Shown: positions 50,085 through 64,000 of the stretch, piece after piece | How positions within the stretch are numbered: the stretch's first letter is position 1 | Layout of the letters: each line of letters begins with the position of its first letter | Source of the DNA: Stegostoma tigrinum | Taxonomy: Eukaryota | Assembly (NCBI RefSeq): GCF_030684315.1 | Contig: NC_081367.1 | Coordinates: 56,173,414 to 56,237,413, forward strand | Reading direction: 5' to 3' | DNA: 64,000 nucleotides | The notes under the pieces: model-generated | Told to the model about the DNA's origin: nothing | Database searches by the model: none | What the model saw: only the letters and a program-made list of their open reading frames with translations | Made by a program: the position numbers and the translations under genes

Positions 50085-50965
50085 TGACTCCTCAAACACT
50101 GAAGCAGTACATGTTCAAATGCAGCAGGATCTGGATAATGTCCAGGCATTCGGCTTAACCCACAAACACAGTGGCTACAAGAGCAGGCCAGAAGCTAGGA
50201 ATGTTGCAGCGAGTAAGTCATCTCCTGACTCAAAGCCTGTCTGCCGTCTACAAGGCACAAGTCGGGAGTGTGATGGAATATCACCACAATAACAGAGTGG
50301 CTACAGGGGCAGGCCAGAATACTGCGCCGTGTAACTGAAATTCTGACTCCTCAAAGCCTATCCAACATTTACAATGCACAAGTCAGGAGTGTGATGGATT
50401 ACTCCACACTTGCCTGGGGAAGTGCAGCCCCTAAAACATTCAAGAAGCTTGACACCATCCAGGACAAAGCAGCCTGCTTGATTGGCACTACAGCCACACG
50501 CATTCACTCCCTCCACTACCGATGCTCAGTAGCAGCTGTGTGTACTATCTACACAATGTACTGCAGAAATTCACCAAAGATCCTCAGACAATGCCTTCCA
50601 AACCCATGGCCACTTGCATCTAGAAGGACAAGGGCAGCAGATATATGGGAACACCACTACCTCCAAGTAACTTACTTAGTCACTCACCAGCCCGACTTGG
50701 AAATATATCGCCGTTCCTTAACTGACACTGATCAAAATCCTGGAATTCCCTCCCTAATAGCATTGTGGGTCCAGCCACAACAGGAGGACTGCGGCGGTTG
50801 AAGAAGGCAGCTCACCACCGTCTTCTTAAGGACAAGCAGGGATGGGCAAGAAATGCTGGCTCAGATCTTGAAGCCCACATCCTACGAAATGAGTAGAAAA
50901 AAACGAGGGATGGGTAAGAATTGCTGACGAGCCAGCGAGCCCACATCCCACAAATGAATAGAAAA
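50085..50965 (+). mobile_element. CR1/L2-group LINE 3' end with internal duplication and doubled tail
   Basis: YKAQVRSVMxYS.LAW...KKLDTIQDKAACLIG; tail gggatggg.aa.aatgctg..gcccacatccc..aatgaat occurs twice. Confidence 0.8.
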
Positions 50966-53900
50966 GAACGTTGATTAGATCGGTTAAAATAATGTTCATA
51001 ATACTGACTATATTCCATAGTCCAAAGTCAAAGTGACAGCAGCTCAAATACCAGGGAAATACAAGAGATTTTGCAATCACAGATCAAATAGTGCAACACA
51101 CTGGCCCAGTGTTGTTATAACATGGATGGCACACAATAACTCTTCTCAGTATTCAATAAATTAACTTAACGAGGTTTATCTTAATGAGAAACTTGCGTTA
51201 CAATATTTTTATGAGCTTGAATGAGCCAATTGTCTCCTTTTGACTTATTTCCTTACTTGCCTATCTGATTTATAATCAAACGCTGATAATTGGTTAATTA
51301 CTATCCTATTGTCCACTGATTTGCTTGATTGAAAGTTGTTGGCGGGGTTGGTGGTGAAGTGAAGGCGAGGTGGGGCGATAGGGCTGCAGCTGGTGAAAGC
51401 CTAGGTTGCTTCACTGATACTACCCTTTCTTTTGATTTGAGTGTAATCTGGACACAAAGGCCAAAATTTCAGGCTGTGTGGTCTCAGAGGGTAATGGTGA
51501 GCATTGAACTTCTGACTCTGCGCGTGGGCTGAATCAGAGTTCATGGCGGCCAGATTAATCTGAGAGACTTGGCGATTATGATGAATTTGTAGAATGTACA
51601 GCATCCGCCGGAAAGTTTGCAACTTCGTACTTGGCAGTCTCTTGAATAACATTGTCTGTGGCATATGCAGCGTGAGCAAATTTAATAGAGAAGGCGATTC
51701 ATCCTGCTCTAGTTTATCTTTCCGGCAATGGAAGAACAGATTTAAGTACGGATACTGAATTAATCCACTCGAAGCATTTTGCAAGATTAACAGTTTGCTT
51801 TTAGAGAGCCCATTAACGTAATAATATATCCCACACCCCTCACAGAAGATTAACCGGGCTCAATTTGTTACCGATCATCATGATACACCATTAGCACAGT
51901 GATCAAAGACGGTTAAAGGGCTATCGATTAACAAGCGCCTTCGAGGCGGAATGAGTGACCGAGAATAGGAGTGGTTTAAGGATGTACTCCTAGAGTTAAG
52001 CATTTTAACATATGAAGGCAGACTACCAATTTCTGAAGTGATGGAAATCTGAACTGAGCAAGGGGTCGGTTTAATGGTTTTGAGGGCTCGTAAAGAGGAT
52101 GGAGAATAGAGGGAAAGGAAGACGTAGGGCGTCGAATTAATTAACTGCCAAGAAGAGAGTTTCAAACTGAAAGGTGCAATTCAATACGGCTCAGCAACTA
52201 AAGGATGCAGACTGAAATATATTTAGACGTTCTACGGCACAGTTTGAAAGTTCTAAAACCTATCTATGACCTGAGGTCAAGAATATGACTAAAATGCTCG
52301 CACTCTCACTATGTGCTCAAATAAACCCTGTTGAAAAGATCATAATTTAAGTTGCTGCAAGTTTCTGTGGTAGGGGATGTAACATGTCTTTTACATTTCA
52401 AGGACATTGACCCCAGTGATAGCAGTTCAGCGTTTCTGCTGTAAAAACAGGACAGTGAATGTATGATACAGTCGTCCTCCAAAAGATGGTGTCGTAGCTT
52501 GGTTAAAAAAAAGTCTATCGTGGAGTTTTCTTTAAGAACTTTCTGGTTGCTGACTTGTTTGTGAAAATTTATAAAAAGAGCTGCCATTTCTCCTTGAGTA
52601 TTTTAAAGCTTGCAGAGAGACCAGAGACTGAGTGTCGAACACACCCAGAATCTGATCAAGAAAGGAAGGGCCATAGTTTGACCTATAATCCTTTGCCACA
52701 CTTTGTTCGGTACGGCTTTACAATTGGAGTTAAGCGATTCATTGCAACAGTCTCTTGTTGCATCTTTGAGTCAAGGATTCAAATGAACATATATGTAGTT
52801 TGTACCTGAATTTAAATGGAAATCTAAACCTTACACAGACCGTCTGGCGTGTTAGATCATTTCTCTTTAAAAAAAATGACAAGAGGATATTTCTCTAAAA
52901 TATAAGCATTTAACGCTGCAGGTTTTCTTCCAACCACAAAACAGGAAATGCATTATTCAAAATGAAAGGAGGGTAAACTGGAATAAAACAACTTACTTAC
53001 ATATAACGCAAGCTTAAAGATTTCACAATGTACGGTAGAATATAATCACATTAATTCCCACAACATTCCTTTATATGACACACTTCCAGGGAGAAGTTCC
53101 TCTTCTATCGCACAGAGGGTTTGATTTAGTTGTGGCTGTGATTTCCCATTTGAAGAATTTGGTGACCCTTTTGACGAGCCTTCATGAAACTGAACATAGA
53201 CTTTTTCAACTTCATCGTCTTCTTCAGGGCTTTAGAACTTTAGAACTAAGCCGCTTGCACTGAGGTTATTTATTTCTTGAACTTTCGACATGACCTTCAT
53301 TCTTTAGGAGGAACCGTTTTACACACGCAAAATTTCTGCAAATCTCCCAATTGAAGTATAAAAGCTTTTATAACTCGCAGCATGATCTATCGCATAATTT
53401 AATTTTGTTTGGCCTGCATTGAGGCATGGCTGATTAGTAATTGGTTTAAAGTGTGAATGCTCAAGTTCTTAAGGGTTATGGACATTGACTGATGTCACAC
53501 AATAGTACACCTCTAGACTGATTCCTTAAGCTGCCAATTATCCATGACGCATCTTGTTCATTACTCTGTTATTCTTACTTTTCTGATTTATTTTGCTGAA
53601 GTAAGTCTGTCTTTCCGTTGACCATTTGTTTGTGATTGATATATGCTGTCGTATCCCCATGATTCACAACGATCTTATTTTCACGTCTGTCACTTAATTG
53701 CTAAGAGTCTCTCATTAAATCCAAATGTTATCATTGGTTATTTTTATTTCTTTCTAATAGGCCTTTGTCAAGTTCTGTTAGATCAGACATTTGACCACCT
53801 ATATGAAATGATACAGAAGATCGGAAATTCATAACATAATATCGACAAATTATTCTGAGTGTTTATGAAAGGAGATTTAGTGATATATTCTTATAAATTC

Positions 53901-54806
53901 AGCTAAGACGAGTTCTGGGTAAAAGCATTCAAGAGATTGTATTGTTGAAATCTTAAACTGTCTCAAAGGTAATTCTAATAAATTGGTGAAGTTGAGCCTC
54001 GCTTATTTGCTTCCCATCTAAGACACTAAAAGTTAAAACAAAGTGCAAAAGTGCGACTATGATTTTCTTTGCCAGTGCAGTTCCTTCTTGTCTTACTCTT
54101 TTGTCTGATAAACAGCTATATCAAGAGGGAAAGCAATTCGTTCGCCTTACTAACCTTGAAGGTTGCACGTTCTCACAATCTGGCATTGTGAAATGGAAAT
54201 AAGCATAATAAAAGCCTTTATCTTTTGGCCTTTAATTTTGAAACACTAGTGTGCCACCTTCGATCTGTTTTCGAGGCGCAGTGAATTTCTCTTTCAAGAA
54301 AAGCTAAGCAGGGTCATATGATATTGAGGTATCAAAATTTACTCTGATTTTAGTGAAGTAGAATGACTACAATTAGCTGACAGAATAAATATCCCTTGAT
54401 TGTGTCATAAAAGTGTAAACTAAATTAATTATGAAATCCCAATTTCCTTTATAACTCTACACTGCTCTGTAGAATTCTGAACCCGTATTCATCTTATTCT
54501 GTTAAGAGTTTTGCTCCCACAGTCGATGTTTGCACCTGACAGAGCGCACCAGAACTGGCATTTAACAGTATTATCCTAGTAACTATATCTAACTTGTATG
54601 TATTTAGACACATATGGGCCTGGGTATTTAAGGGCAAAACTGATGTCTACCTTATCTGTGTGAAAACTAGGAAATGTAACCTTTTCCCACTAAACAATTG
54701 ACCTGAACTTAACTTATTTACTCCCTGAAGAAAGGTGTTATCAGTCCTGTGTCTTGTCTCAGTGATGTCTGCTGGTGTTATCACCTTTTATACAATACGC
54801 AGGTGA

Positions 54807-55100
<294 letters not shown>

Positions 55101-55576
55101 TAGAACTAGAGAACATTGGATAGTCAGTATAATTTAAGCAAATTCAGCAACAGTTAAAAGGTGGGTCGTGACACATCATGGGAGATAGACAGAAGTGAAT
55201 GAGAATGAAATGGAAAAAAAAAATGATTGAATGAATGGCAAAAGATGGTTGCACAACGCATGGGGGTTAGTAATGGTTAGATAATATAGTGGGGGACACG
55301 CACAAGATGTATAAATGACAAAATACTAACAGTGCCCACCTTAGGTAGATTTTTTAATGCTGACACGATATTCACCAGACAGCATTTCCACTCTGTCCCG
55401 CATAATCTCAATATCCAAACATAAATCATACAATATCTGGTAGGAGGTGTTGGGGGATTGGGGAGTGATCAAAACAATAAACATTTCAGGCCAGTTTGAG
55501 AAACATTATCGAACATGAAAGCTCTCTGATCAATGCAGGTGATATTGTAGCCTTCAGAAACATGCTTTCCTCAAAA

Positions 55577-55670
55577 GATAATAAAATGTGAGGCTGGATG
55601 AACACAGCAGGCCCAGCAGCATCTCAGGAGCACAAAAGCTGACGTTTCGGGCCTAGACCCTTCATCAGAG
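55577..55670 (-). mobile_element. 94-bp Neptune pLTR 3' fragment beginning at the hammerhead
   Basis: Reverse complement ctctgatgaagggtctaggcccgaaacgtcagcttttgtgctcctgagatgctgctgggcc...ttatc. Confidence 0.85.
55641..55668 (-). ncRNA. Minimal hammerhead ribozyme core, intact consensus
   Basis: CTGATGA-A-GGGT-CTAG-GCCC-GAAAC-GTC on minus. Confidence 0.72.
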
Positions 55671-56903
55671 GCAAACGATAGATAGGTTGACACCCCCGGC
55701 CCAAACAGGCACCGGTGCAATTTTCATTTGCAAGAATATTTCGATTGAACAGCCATTTGTGTAATTTCAGCTTTTCCGGAGGCCAGCTATTCTCTTGGAA
55801 TGGAATAAATTCCTTAAATGAAAAAGTAGACCTGACTTGTAATTTTCACCACGGATCCCTCCAAATGAATGTAATTTACGTTAACATTAAGCTGAAAAAT
55901 TAATGATCCAGCCCTCATTTATGATGAATCATCTCCTATTTATAATGCTATCTTACCCTAGGTTCTCCATCACATCTAAAAATAAAGTATCTGCATTCCT
56001 GACAATAGAGTAGAGGAATACGACCACTTCCCTGAAAAAAAAATGGTACATGAGATGGCGCTGTAACTGACAAGATCGGCATTTATCGGTCATAAATACT
56101 TGCCCTGGAAAAGCTGAGGATGATCGGGCTGCTGGGATCTTTTCAGTCGATGTGATGCATACACATTCACTGTGTCATTACAAATAGAGTTCCAGGGCTA
56201 TTTACCGGTCAGTACAGGAAGTATGACTTATCGCTTCCCTCCCGACGCCTGCATCATCGGTTGCCTTATCAGCTGTTCTGAGCAGATGCTACCATTATTA
56301 TTAGGACTCCCCCAGTTTATTCCAATAATTCTGCTGCTATCCTGTCCACCCATAAACGATATTGATGTGCCCAAACCAGAGTGCATTCGATGTTCCTCTT
56401 ACGAGGAACACTTCTTGCAACTGTAATTCAGCAGGCAACGGTTCTGCTTTTAACAAATTAAAGAGGCCTGATTGGTTAAGAGTACCCGGCAACCCACTGC
56501 TACGAGAATTCCTAGGTTCCAGAGTAAGCACCGAAGATTTATAGGCCTTTTCCCTCTCAAATGTATAGCACTTGACACTTGCACCAGTGGGCTTGTTCTC
56601 GCGGATGGCCCAAATGCACCATGATAATGGTGACAGAAGAGGCTGCATCATTGACGGTAAGTTATGCTTCTGTACCTATGTTGTATCAAATTGATACTTA
56701 CGTAGCACAATTTTACAACAAGTCCCCAAATTCATCAGTGTTCTTTTTCATTTGTTTAAAACTGTTTTGATATAACTGAATAGTTGATCTTATAGGGCAG
56801 ATGAAAGTTATTCAAGCGATGAAAGTCATTCATATGACTGTGGAAAGATGGCAAATTTACTTTTCAAGGTTATTGCAAAAAATATTGTTTTTTGTTGCTT
56901 CAG

Positions 56904-57289
56904 GCGGAAATGTCACTATTACAGACAAACCAGAGCTTCTGAAGCAAATGGAATGGAATGTTTTGGTTAATATACCTTCTACCTGCCAATCTCGTATCAA
57001 AGTGCGCGCTCTCTCCTGGGGATACGACCATATGTTGTTTCCTTCAGACTATGATTACATCCTTTGTGCAGATATAATGTATGCCTACGACAGTGTTCCT
57101 TTAATCCTAAGGACACTTCTACACCTCAGCAATGAAAAGACGATTATTTATTTCGCCTCAACCATGTCTTTTGGTCATAGTGTGATAAACTCTGGTTACC
57201 AAATTCTATTCAAGCATTTTTACTCTCAGCTTGTTTACAGAAATAAAATCAACGATGTTCGCGTGTATATGATGACTAAAATTATTTAA
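56904..57289 (+). CDS. EEF1AKMT3: EEF1AKMT3-like coding exon 3
   Basis: GNVTITD...NV..NIP...VRALSWG.DH..FPSDYDYILCADIMY...LxHL; METTL21-type DxxY motif; TAA at 57287-57289. Confidence 0.87.
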
Positions 57290-60200
57290 AGTGATTCTGT
57301 TCAAATCGAGCAGTAACTAAGCAGCCTGTTATTCTTGCAGTGGAAGAATTTAACTGGAGAAGGGAACCCCAGCTCTGGTATGAGTTTCCAAATGGCATGT
57401 TGACTGAACATGTGCTTTCCTTCCTCACCTTTTCCCAAGGAACTCCTACAAGAATTAACTCTGAATCAGGTTCTATATCAGTAGCAACCCACACTAAGCA
57501 GAATATTTGATCCAATATTAAATGATAATATTAAAACCAAACAAAAGGATTGATTTGAGACAGGTCATGAAGGAGTGGGGGAAAAGGCGAAAATGTACCC
57601 GTTAAAGGCTCGAGATTTTCTTCGGTTTACAGCTTACTGTCTCTTAAAATTTGAGGACACACCATGTGAAAATCCAGTCACACTATGGTTACAATATTTT
57701 ACGACAATTCCGCCTTAGTTTAGTTAATATTTAAATTGTGGTGATGTTTGATTATATATCACTAGTAATGAGATTTAATGTAGTTGCATTTAGTTGCTTT
57801 ATCATTTACCTATGATGCAAAAGAAAGATGAACACAATTTGTAACATTTCCAAGGTCTACAGGATTATTTGGTAGGGATTGCATGCATTTTATTTGAAGT
57901 AGAAACTAAAAAGTTGAAGTTTTCAGATCAGGTTTTTCCAGTCGAAGGAAAAATTGATCTGAAGTGTGTTCTTTTATAGAAACAGAATTTTGATGCTTTG
58001 ATGCGCACTAACTTGAGATATGTTTGTGGGAAAAAAAATGTAACTGCCTAACTGCAGAGTTTAAGTTGTTTTAAAGTAACAGGTTCACACGAAGAGAGGA
58101 AACTAAATAGTTGAAATTCAGACATTGGAATCTACTTGCAAGTGAAACTGCTCTCTCGCTTTCTCGCACTTTTATACATACGTATGCGCGCGGACACGCA
58201 CAAACGCATACACGCAATAAGTGTGGAAGGAATAACACTCAGTGACTTTGCAAAAAGAAGTAAACGTTCTAAGTCAGGTCAAGACTTAGGTACATATGAT
58301 CATCTACCAAACTGAGGGTCGTCAGAGTCGAGAACCACGTGATTCCATTGCCAAAAAGAAAAAAAAGTGACAAGTTCATGCCAACTTTGTGACTGGACTT
58401 TGATCCACTGATTTTCGGATTCTTTACCTACTTATTTTCCATCCACGATATTCCTAATCATTCTTTATTCGGGATGGGCAATGAACGCTGCTCAGCCAGC
58501 CAACGACTACATTCCACAAATGAATCAAAAAATAACTGCCTCATCTGTTTTGTCTATCCCGCTTGTGAATGCATGTCATTAGTATGTGCCTAGTATCACT
58601 GAATTTGCATAGCAGCAGTTAATTATGTTTCTTGCCACACTTTAGAGGATCTGTTGATTAAAAAAAACGGTTTATTTTCTTGTTCAGCGAATCACTACCG
58701 TTGAAGTTAATTTGATCAAATTCGAATGTATTAGGACGCGTGGATAATGGGATTTAATTTTCAGCACAGTAGTTCAATCAAGGCCATGATAATTCTATTG
58801 TGACTGTGGTAATGTGTATCATATTTTGAAAAAAATGTATGGCATAAGATTATCTTTGTTCAAACGTGTGTATATTGTTGAATGAAAATCTCATCCAATC
58901 ATCCTGATTTTAAGTGAATTATTGTCGGTTTATTTAATGTCCATTAAAATTGAGTTTACCACTAGAGTCTCTGAGCAAACAGATTTTATATAACTCTTCA
59001 CTGCAGCTAATTGGCTAAGTTGATTCGCTGAACATAGTTAACCCTGAGTTATTCATTTAACAGGTTGTGTTTCTGAGTTGACCATCTGTAATATATGGCA
59101 ATAATTTTAGGTTATAGCAATCAGGACTTCTTTTTTTGAGTTCTCATTTTCCATCTTCTTCATGGCGAATATTATAGACCCATGCGGAAATTTATGGAAA
59201 TGGTGATAATATTATACAATTGGGGACACATAAAGTTATGTTCTTGGGGAACAGAATTTCACTAAGTAATTTGAAATTAGAGGGGATTGAAGGTGGTGAG
59301 CTTTGTGTCATAGACTCGACTGTTTATGACACAGCATACGAAACACAACTTAAGTCAAATAATCTAACCGAAATTCCAAATGCCCCAATAGAAATGAGTA
59401 AAGATGCAAATTTATTAAGGATCATGATCCTGATAATGTAATTAATCATGTAATGTTGCAATTTTGTTTTTTTTCTATTGATTGCCATTACACGCAAGCA
59501 AGTCCATTTTGGAAATCTTGTATTGTGTTGTTTTCTAACTCTTGCAGGAATGGAAATGATAAAATCAAAATATTTGTTACATACATTAATTAAGTGGGCT
59601 TATAAATTTGGCCTATAGCCTTTTGTAAAAGATGAGTAGTCATTTGCGGATTGAATTGCATGCAGGTGGAAATCTTACATCTTTCATATGTAAATAATTG
59701 TAACTTCACAAACTAAATTTCTGAATTTAGGACATTGGGGACTTTCAGTCAGTTACAATAAAAAAGTAACAGTTCCAGCCATTATCATTACCACAATTCT
59801 GCTGTTCGCACAATAGAATGCGAGGTGTCACTTACAGAAATACTGATAGATAATCATTACCTCTAATTTTGAAAATGAAATTGGAGAAAATTTTCAATTG
59901 TAGGAGCTATGGTAGCAACTACAATTCGAAAGTGGTAGATGTTGAAACACTACAGAAACATTTCAGGCCAAGCAAAATGAGTTGGAAGGTCTTTTTACAC
60001 GGACACACAATCATTATGGTAACTTTAAATGTTTTATAAAAGAATTAGAAGTTTGATCAGTTAAAAAAATGAATATCGTGCAAATGCCAACGTTAGCCGA
60101 CTGGCTAATTAAGTATATTTTAAAAAGCAGCAAAATGTGCAGTGATGCATTTAGGAAAGGAGAATGCTGAGAACAGACACAAGCTAAATGATTTAGTTGT

Positions 60201-60374
60201 AAATATACAGAGTTAACGAAGCTGGAAATTTAAAACATAAACCTTTAATGGCTGCTGAACAAGCTTATTCAGGAAATACAAATAACATGGTTTCATGAAA
60301 AGAATAAGATTATTTTCTTAGCAAGAACATAGACAGACAATATAAAATAGAAAGCAGTGGTAGCATCAGACAGA

Positions 60375-61660
60375 CTAAACATAGATTTACGAAAGAGAAA
60401 TCCTTCTTGACAGATTTGTTGAAATTCTATCAAGATGTAACTAGTAGAGTTGACAACAGGCAGCCAGTTGAAGTGGTACATTTGGATTTTCAGAAAGCGT
60501 TTGACAAAGTCTAGCATAAGAGGTTATTGTGCAAGGTTGAAATGTGTGGGATTGGGGGAGGTGTATTGAGATGGATAGAAAACTGATTGGCAGAGAGGAA
60601 ATAAAGAGTAGGAATTAATGGGTCCTTTTCAAACTGGCAGACAGTAACTCGTGAGGTTACACAGTGATTGCTGCTGGGACCCCAGCTATTCACAATATAT
60701 ATTAATATATTGATGGAACAGATGTAACATCTCCAAGTTTGCAGATGATGCCAAATTGGGTCAGAGGGTGAACTGTGTTGAGGATGCAGAAATCCTTCAG
60801 CATTATCTGGAAACGTTGGGTGAGTGAGCAAATCAATGACAGTTGCAGTATAATTTGGATAAATGTGAGGTTATTCACTTTGGACACAAAAACAAAAAAG
60901 CAGATTACTACCTGAATGACTGTAAATTGGGAGAGGGGAGTGTGCAGCTGGACCTGGGTGTCCTTGTGCACCAGTTGCTGAAGGTAACCATGCTGGTGCA
61001 GCAGGTGGCAAAGAAGGAAAATGGTATGTTGGCCTACATTGCAAGAGGCTTCGAGTACAGGAGCAGGGATGTGTTATTGTAGTTATACAGGGTCTTGGTG
61101 AGGCCACTTGTAGACTATTGTGTCTCGTTTTGGACTCCTTTTTCGAGGAAGAATGCTCTTGCTCTGGAGGGAGTGCAGCGAAGCTTTATCAGGCTAATTC
61201 CAGGGATAACAGGACTGAAATGCTAGGAGAGATTGTCCAGGTTGGAATTGTTTTCGTTGGAGTTTAGAAGAATGAGTGTGACCTCATAGAGACTTATAAA
61301 ATTTTAAAAGGCTAGACAGTGTAAATGCACGGAGGATGTTCCCATTGGTGGATGCGTCTCGAACCAGGGGTCACAGTCTGAGGATTTGGGGTAGACAGTT
61401 TAGGACGAAGGTGCGACACTCCTTCACAAAGACTAGTGATCCTGTGGAATTTATTACCACAGGAAGTAGTTATGCTAATATATCGAATGTATTCAACAGG
61501 CAGCTAGATATAGCACTTGGAGCAAATGAGATCAAACTTTATTGGGAGAAAGCAGGATTAGGCTATTGAATTGGACAGTCAGCCATGATCACGATGAATC
61601 GCGGAGCAGACTCAAAGGGCCGAATGGCTTTTTCCTGCTCCTATCTTCCATGTTTCTATG
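60375..61660 (+). mobile_element. CR1 LINE ORF2 3' half, decayed
   Basis: LDFQKAFDKV, ISKFADDAK, QYNLDKCEVIHFG, SRTRGHSL and tail tttctatg; many stops. Confidence 0.9.
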
Positions 61661-63714
61661 CTACGACGTATAGGGTACCGTTTAGAAGTGTGAGGGAGGA
61701 GTGGAAACTGGGTACATTCGCCTTTCGTTTTGTAAAATTCTATTATTCTGTGACAGCTTCAACAAACAGTGTTTATTTGAACAAGCATGGGATTTACAAG
61801 GGTTATTATTCACGTGCAGATTACAATGATCTAAATTATTGTGCCCAATTGGAAAAATGTTACACCTAGAAAAACTTGGAAACTAGATTCTCCCAAATTA
61901 TATCAAGTTAGACTTCTTTCCATGCTTGAGTAAAAGGTAGAGAAACCTTAGGGTCGAGTAATTCATTTTAACGTTAGTGGCGTTGTTTGAAATTATGAAA
62001 CTTCAGCGATTATTTATTTGGTCGCTTCTACTATCAACAGCATCGTTCAGCAGATTAAAAACTCCTGATGCAAAAAGCCAGTACGTGACACACAGAAATG
62101 CTATGTACCGAATTAATTTTTATGACTTCAAATGCATCGCCGCCTCAACGCCAAAAGCAGGTTCAAGGTAACATTAAAAGAGAAGTGTCTTAGCTGAAAA
62201 AAAATCAATGCCGTTCAGCAGGTAATGAGTATGCCCTTATGCCTCACCAATAGCTGTAACAGAACCGGCACAGACACCAGGAACACCCCCTTTGCTTTAT
62301 GAATATATCATTCCAGAATAATTTGCTAGATTTTGGATAAGAATAATATATGACTCATTGAGCCTAGAAGAAAGGGCAGAGTTAGTTCTTGAAGCTCCTG
62401 GATGCACCGTGTCCTGAGTCCAACACAAATATCACTGCCGAAGTCACCTGTCAATCTTTTTTGAACGTGTTTTGAAGCACCCTGCAACTTTCCACTGCGT
62501 TAAAAATGATACGTAAATAGAAACTTCTGTGTAAATAGAATTATCATTTGACATAGATCTGAATCTGATTTAGTTCGTGATGTGTTTTTAGCCTATGATG
62601 CCTGTAAAATGATGGTTTGTTAAAGATATTTAAAATTCTTTTTTATTGATCTAGGGATGGTTGTGCTGATGGTTGTGATGTGGGTGGCGAGGTGGTTGAG
62701 CGCGGGTGGGGGGAGGGGGGCATTGTTGAAAGCCTAGGCGAAATTGAAATACCACAATGAACTTTAAGTCAACCCATGCTCTGCAGCCTGCTTCATTAGA
62801 CCTTGTTTTGCTGCTGCAAGTATCATTTCAGATAGAAAGATTTCATGCTCGATTGTTCAAACATAGATAAGCAATTGCAGGTAGCAAGAGTAACTGAAGC
62901 AGTTTAAATCATTGGGTAGCATAAACAAATGAGCATTTTCCAGCTCGCAGCTTGATTGAGAGCCACAGATGTGCTAAAGAACCAAAAGACTAAACCACAA
63001 ACTGTTAAATATGTAAGCAACCGGTGTAACAGTTTCGAATTGAAGTTTTTTTTAATTAAAATCGTTGAACAGCCAAACTCAATTGCCTGCAATTCCTGTA
63101 TGATGCTAACACCCCAGGACACACTGGTGATCTGAACAAACTAATTCCAGAAATTAGCTGGTTCCTTGAACTACGTTTCAGATAATTTTCTTTTAGTTTG
63201 AGGAGTGCTTTAAGTCATTGCCGCTCTGAGGCAATCTGTGAAATTCAGGGACGCTTCGTCCCAGGTAATGGTCACACTGTAGCTCCAGATAACGTAGGAG
63301 GCTCATGGGTGGGTTTTCTTTGAGTCTGTGAAGAGACAAGCAGTGCTGAAATTGGACTAATGCAGCATTGTAGTATTCACAGTGCAGTCGGACAAATGAA
63401 TGCACAACTGGACAAAATACGTGTAAAAAATAAATTGAGGCACAGGGAATTTGATCGGCACGTGGTGGACAGCGGTTTCCACAAACAACAATATAAGCCC
63501 TTCATTATGCCCTGTCTTATTTTGTCTCAAAAATATATCACTAAAGGCGTCCTGGATGTGGACTACCAATAGGGCCAATTATACAGGAAAGGAAACGATT
63601 GCTAACATTTCAGAAATTGAGAGGAAAAATGTAAAACAGGAGATTGGATAGCTACCAGTTAAAGGCACTAGGTTGCATAAGAATGATGAGTTTTAATAGT
63701 TTCACGTCTAAAAT

Positions 63715-64000
63715 ATAGAATATAGAAACGTACATCACGGGAACGGGCCTTTTGACTCATGATGTTGTGCTGAACAAGACACTAAATTAAGCTAATCCCT
63801 TTTGCCGATCCTTGGTCTATATTCTTCCATTCCTTGCATAGAAAAAAAAGTATTGCCTCTCATGTTTTCTTTCAACTTTCCCCCCTCACCTTAAATACAT
63901 GTCCCCTCATGTCTGCCATTTCATCTCTGGGGAAAAAAATTCTAATCGTTAGCTCTTTCTCTGTATCTTAAAATTTTAAATACTTCTATCAAATCTCCCT
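63715..64000 (-). mobile_element. CR1 LINE 3' end running off the window
   Basis: atagaatatagaa tail repeats and ttccccc.ctcaccttaaa..catgtcccct typical of the reverse strand of a CR1 3' end. Confidence 0.6.

Noticed and set aside
51300-52200. Possible decayed L2 LINE on the minus strand
   Set aside because: Too degenerate to support by eye.
56801-56903. N-terminal extension of the 162-aa methyltransferase ORF
   Set aside because: Intronic read-through upstream of the cag acceptor at 56901-56903.
58178-58216. Alternating purine-pyrimidine tract
   Set aside because: Short decayed microsatellite with no functional evidence.

Overview
Vertebrate, not microbial, genomic DNA. The repeat content (HE1/V-SINE-type and Deu-type SINEs, CR1 LINEs, Penelope-like elements) points to a cartilaginous fish, probably a shark; this is inferred, not searched. 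The first 33.5 kb is the end of a tandem array of class C GPCR V2R/OlfC (CaSR-like) chemoreceptor genes, all on +. It holds the last (7TM) exon of gene A (to 778), a six-exon gene B (10392-19253) with four small frameshifts, and gene C (24332-33550), which has no detectable exon 2 and carries deletions but keeps an intact 7TM exon. Positions 1-~9650 and 32773-~39640 are a segmental duplication. A three-exon EEF1AKMT3/METTL21B-like lysine methyltransferase gene lies at 49226-57289, with a damaged exon-2 acceptor. The most notable non-genic signal is a dense set of Penelope-like retroelements (Neptune- and Poseidon-type) and miniature derivatives. They form fold-back structures with a one-sided tail, several have target-site duplications, and they carry minimal hammerhead-ribozyme cores (CTGATGA..GAAAC.GTC). 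I found no evidence of a wholly new protein-coding system. Exon boundaries were read from splice sites by eye; repeat boundaries are approximate.
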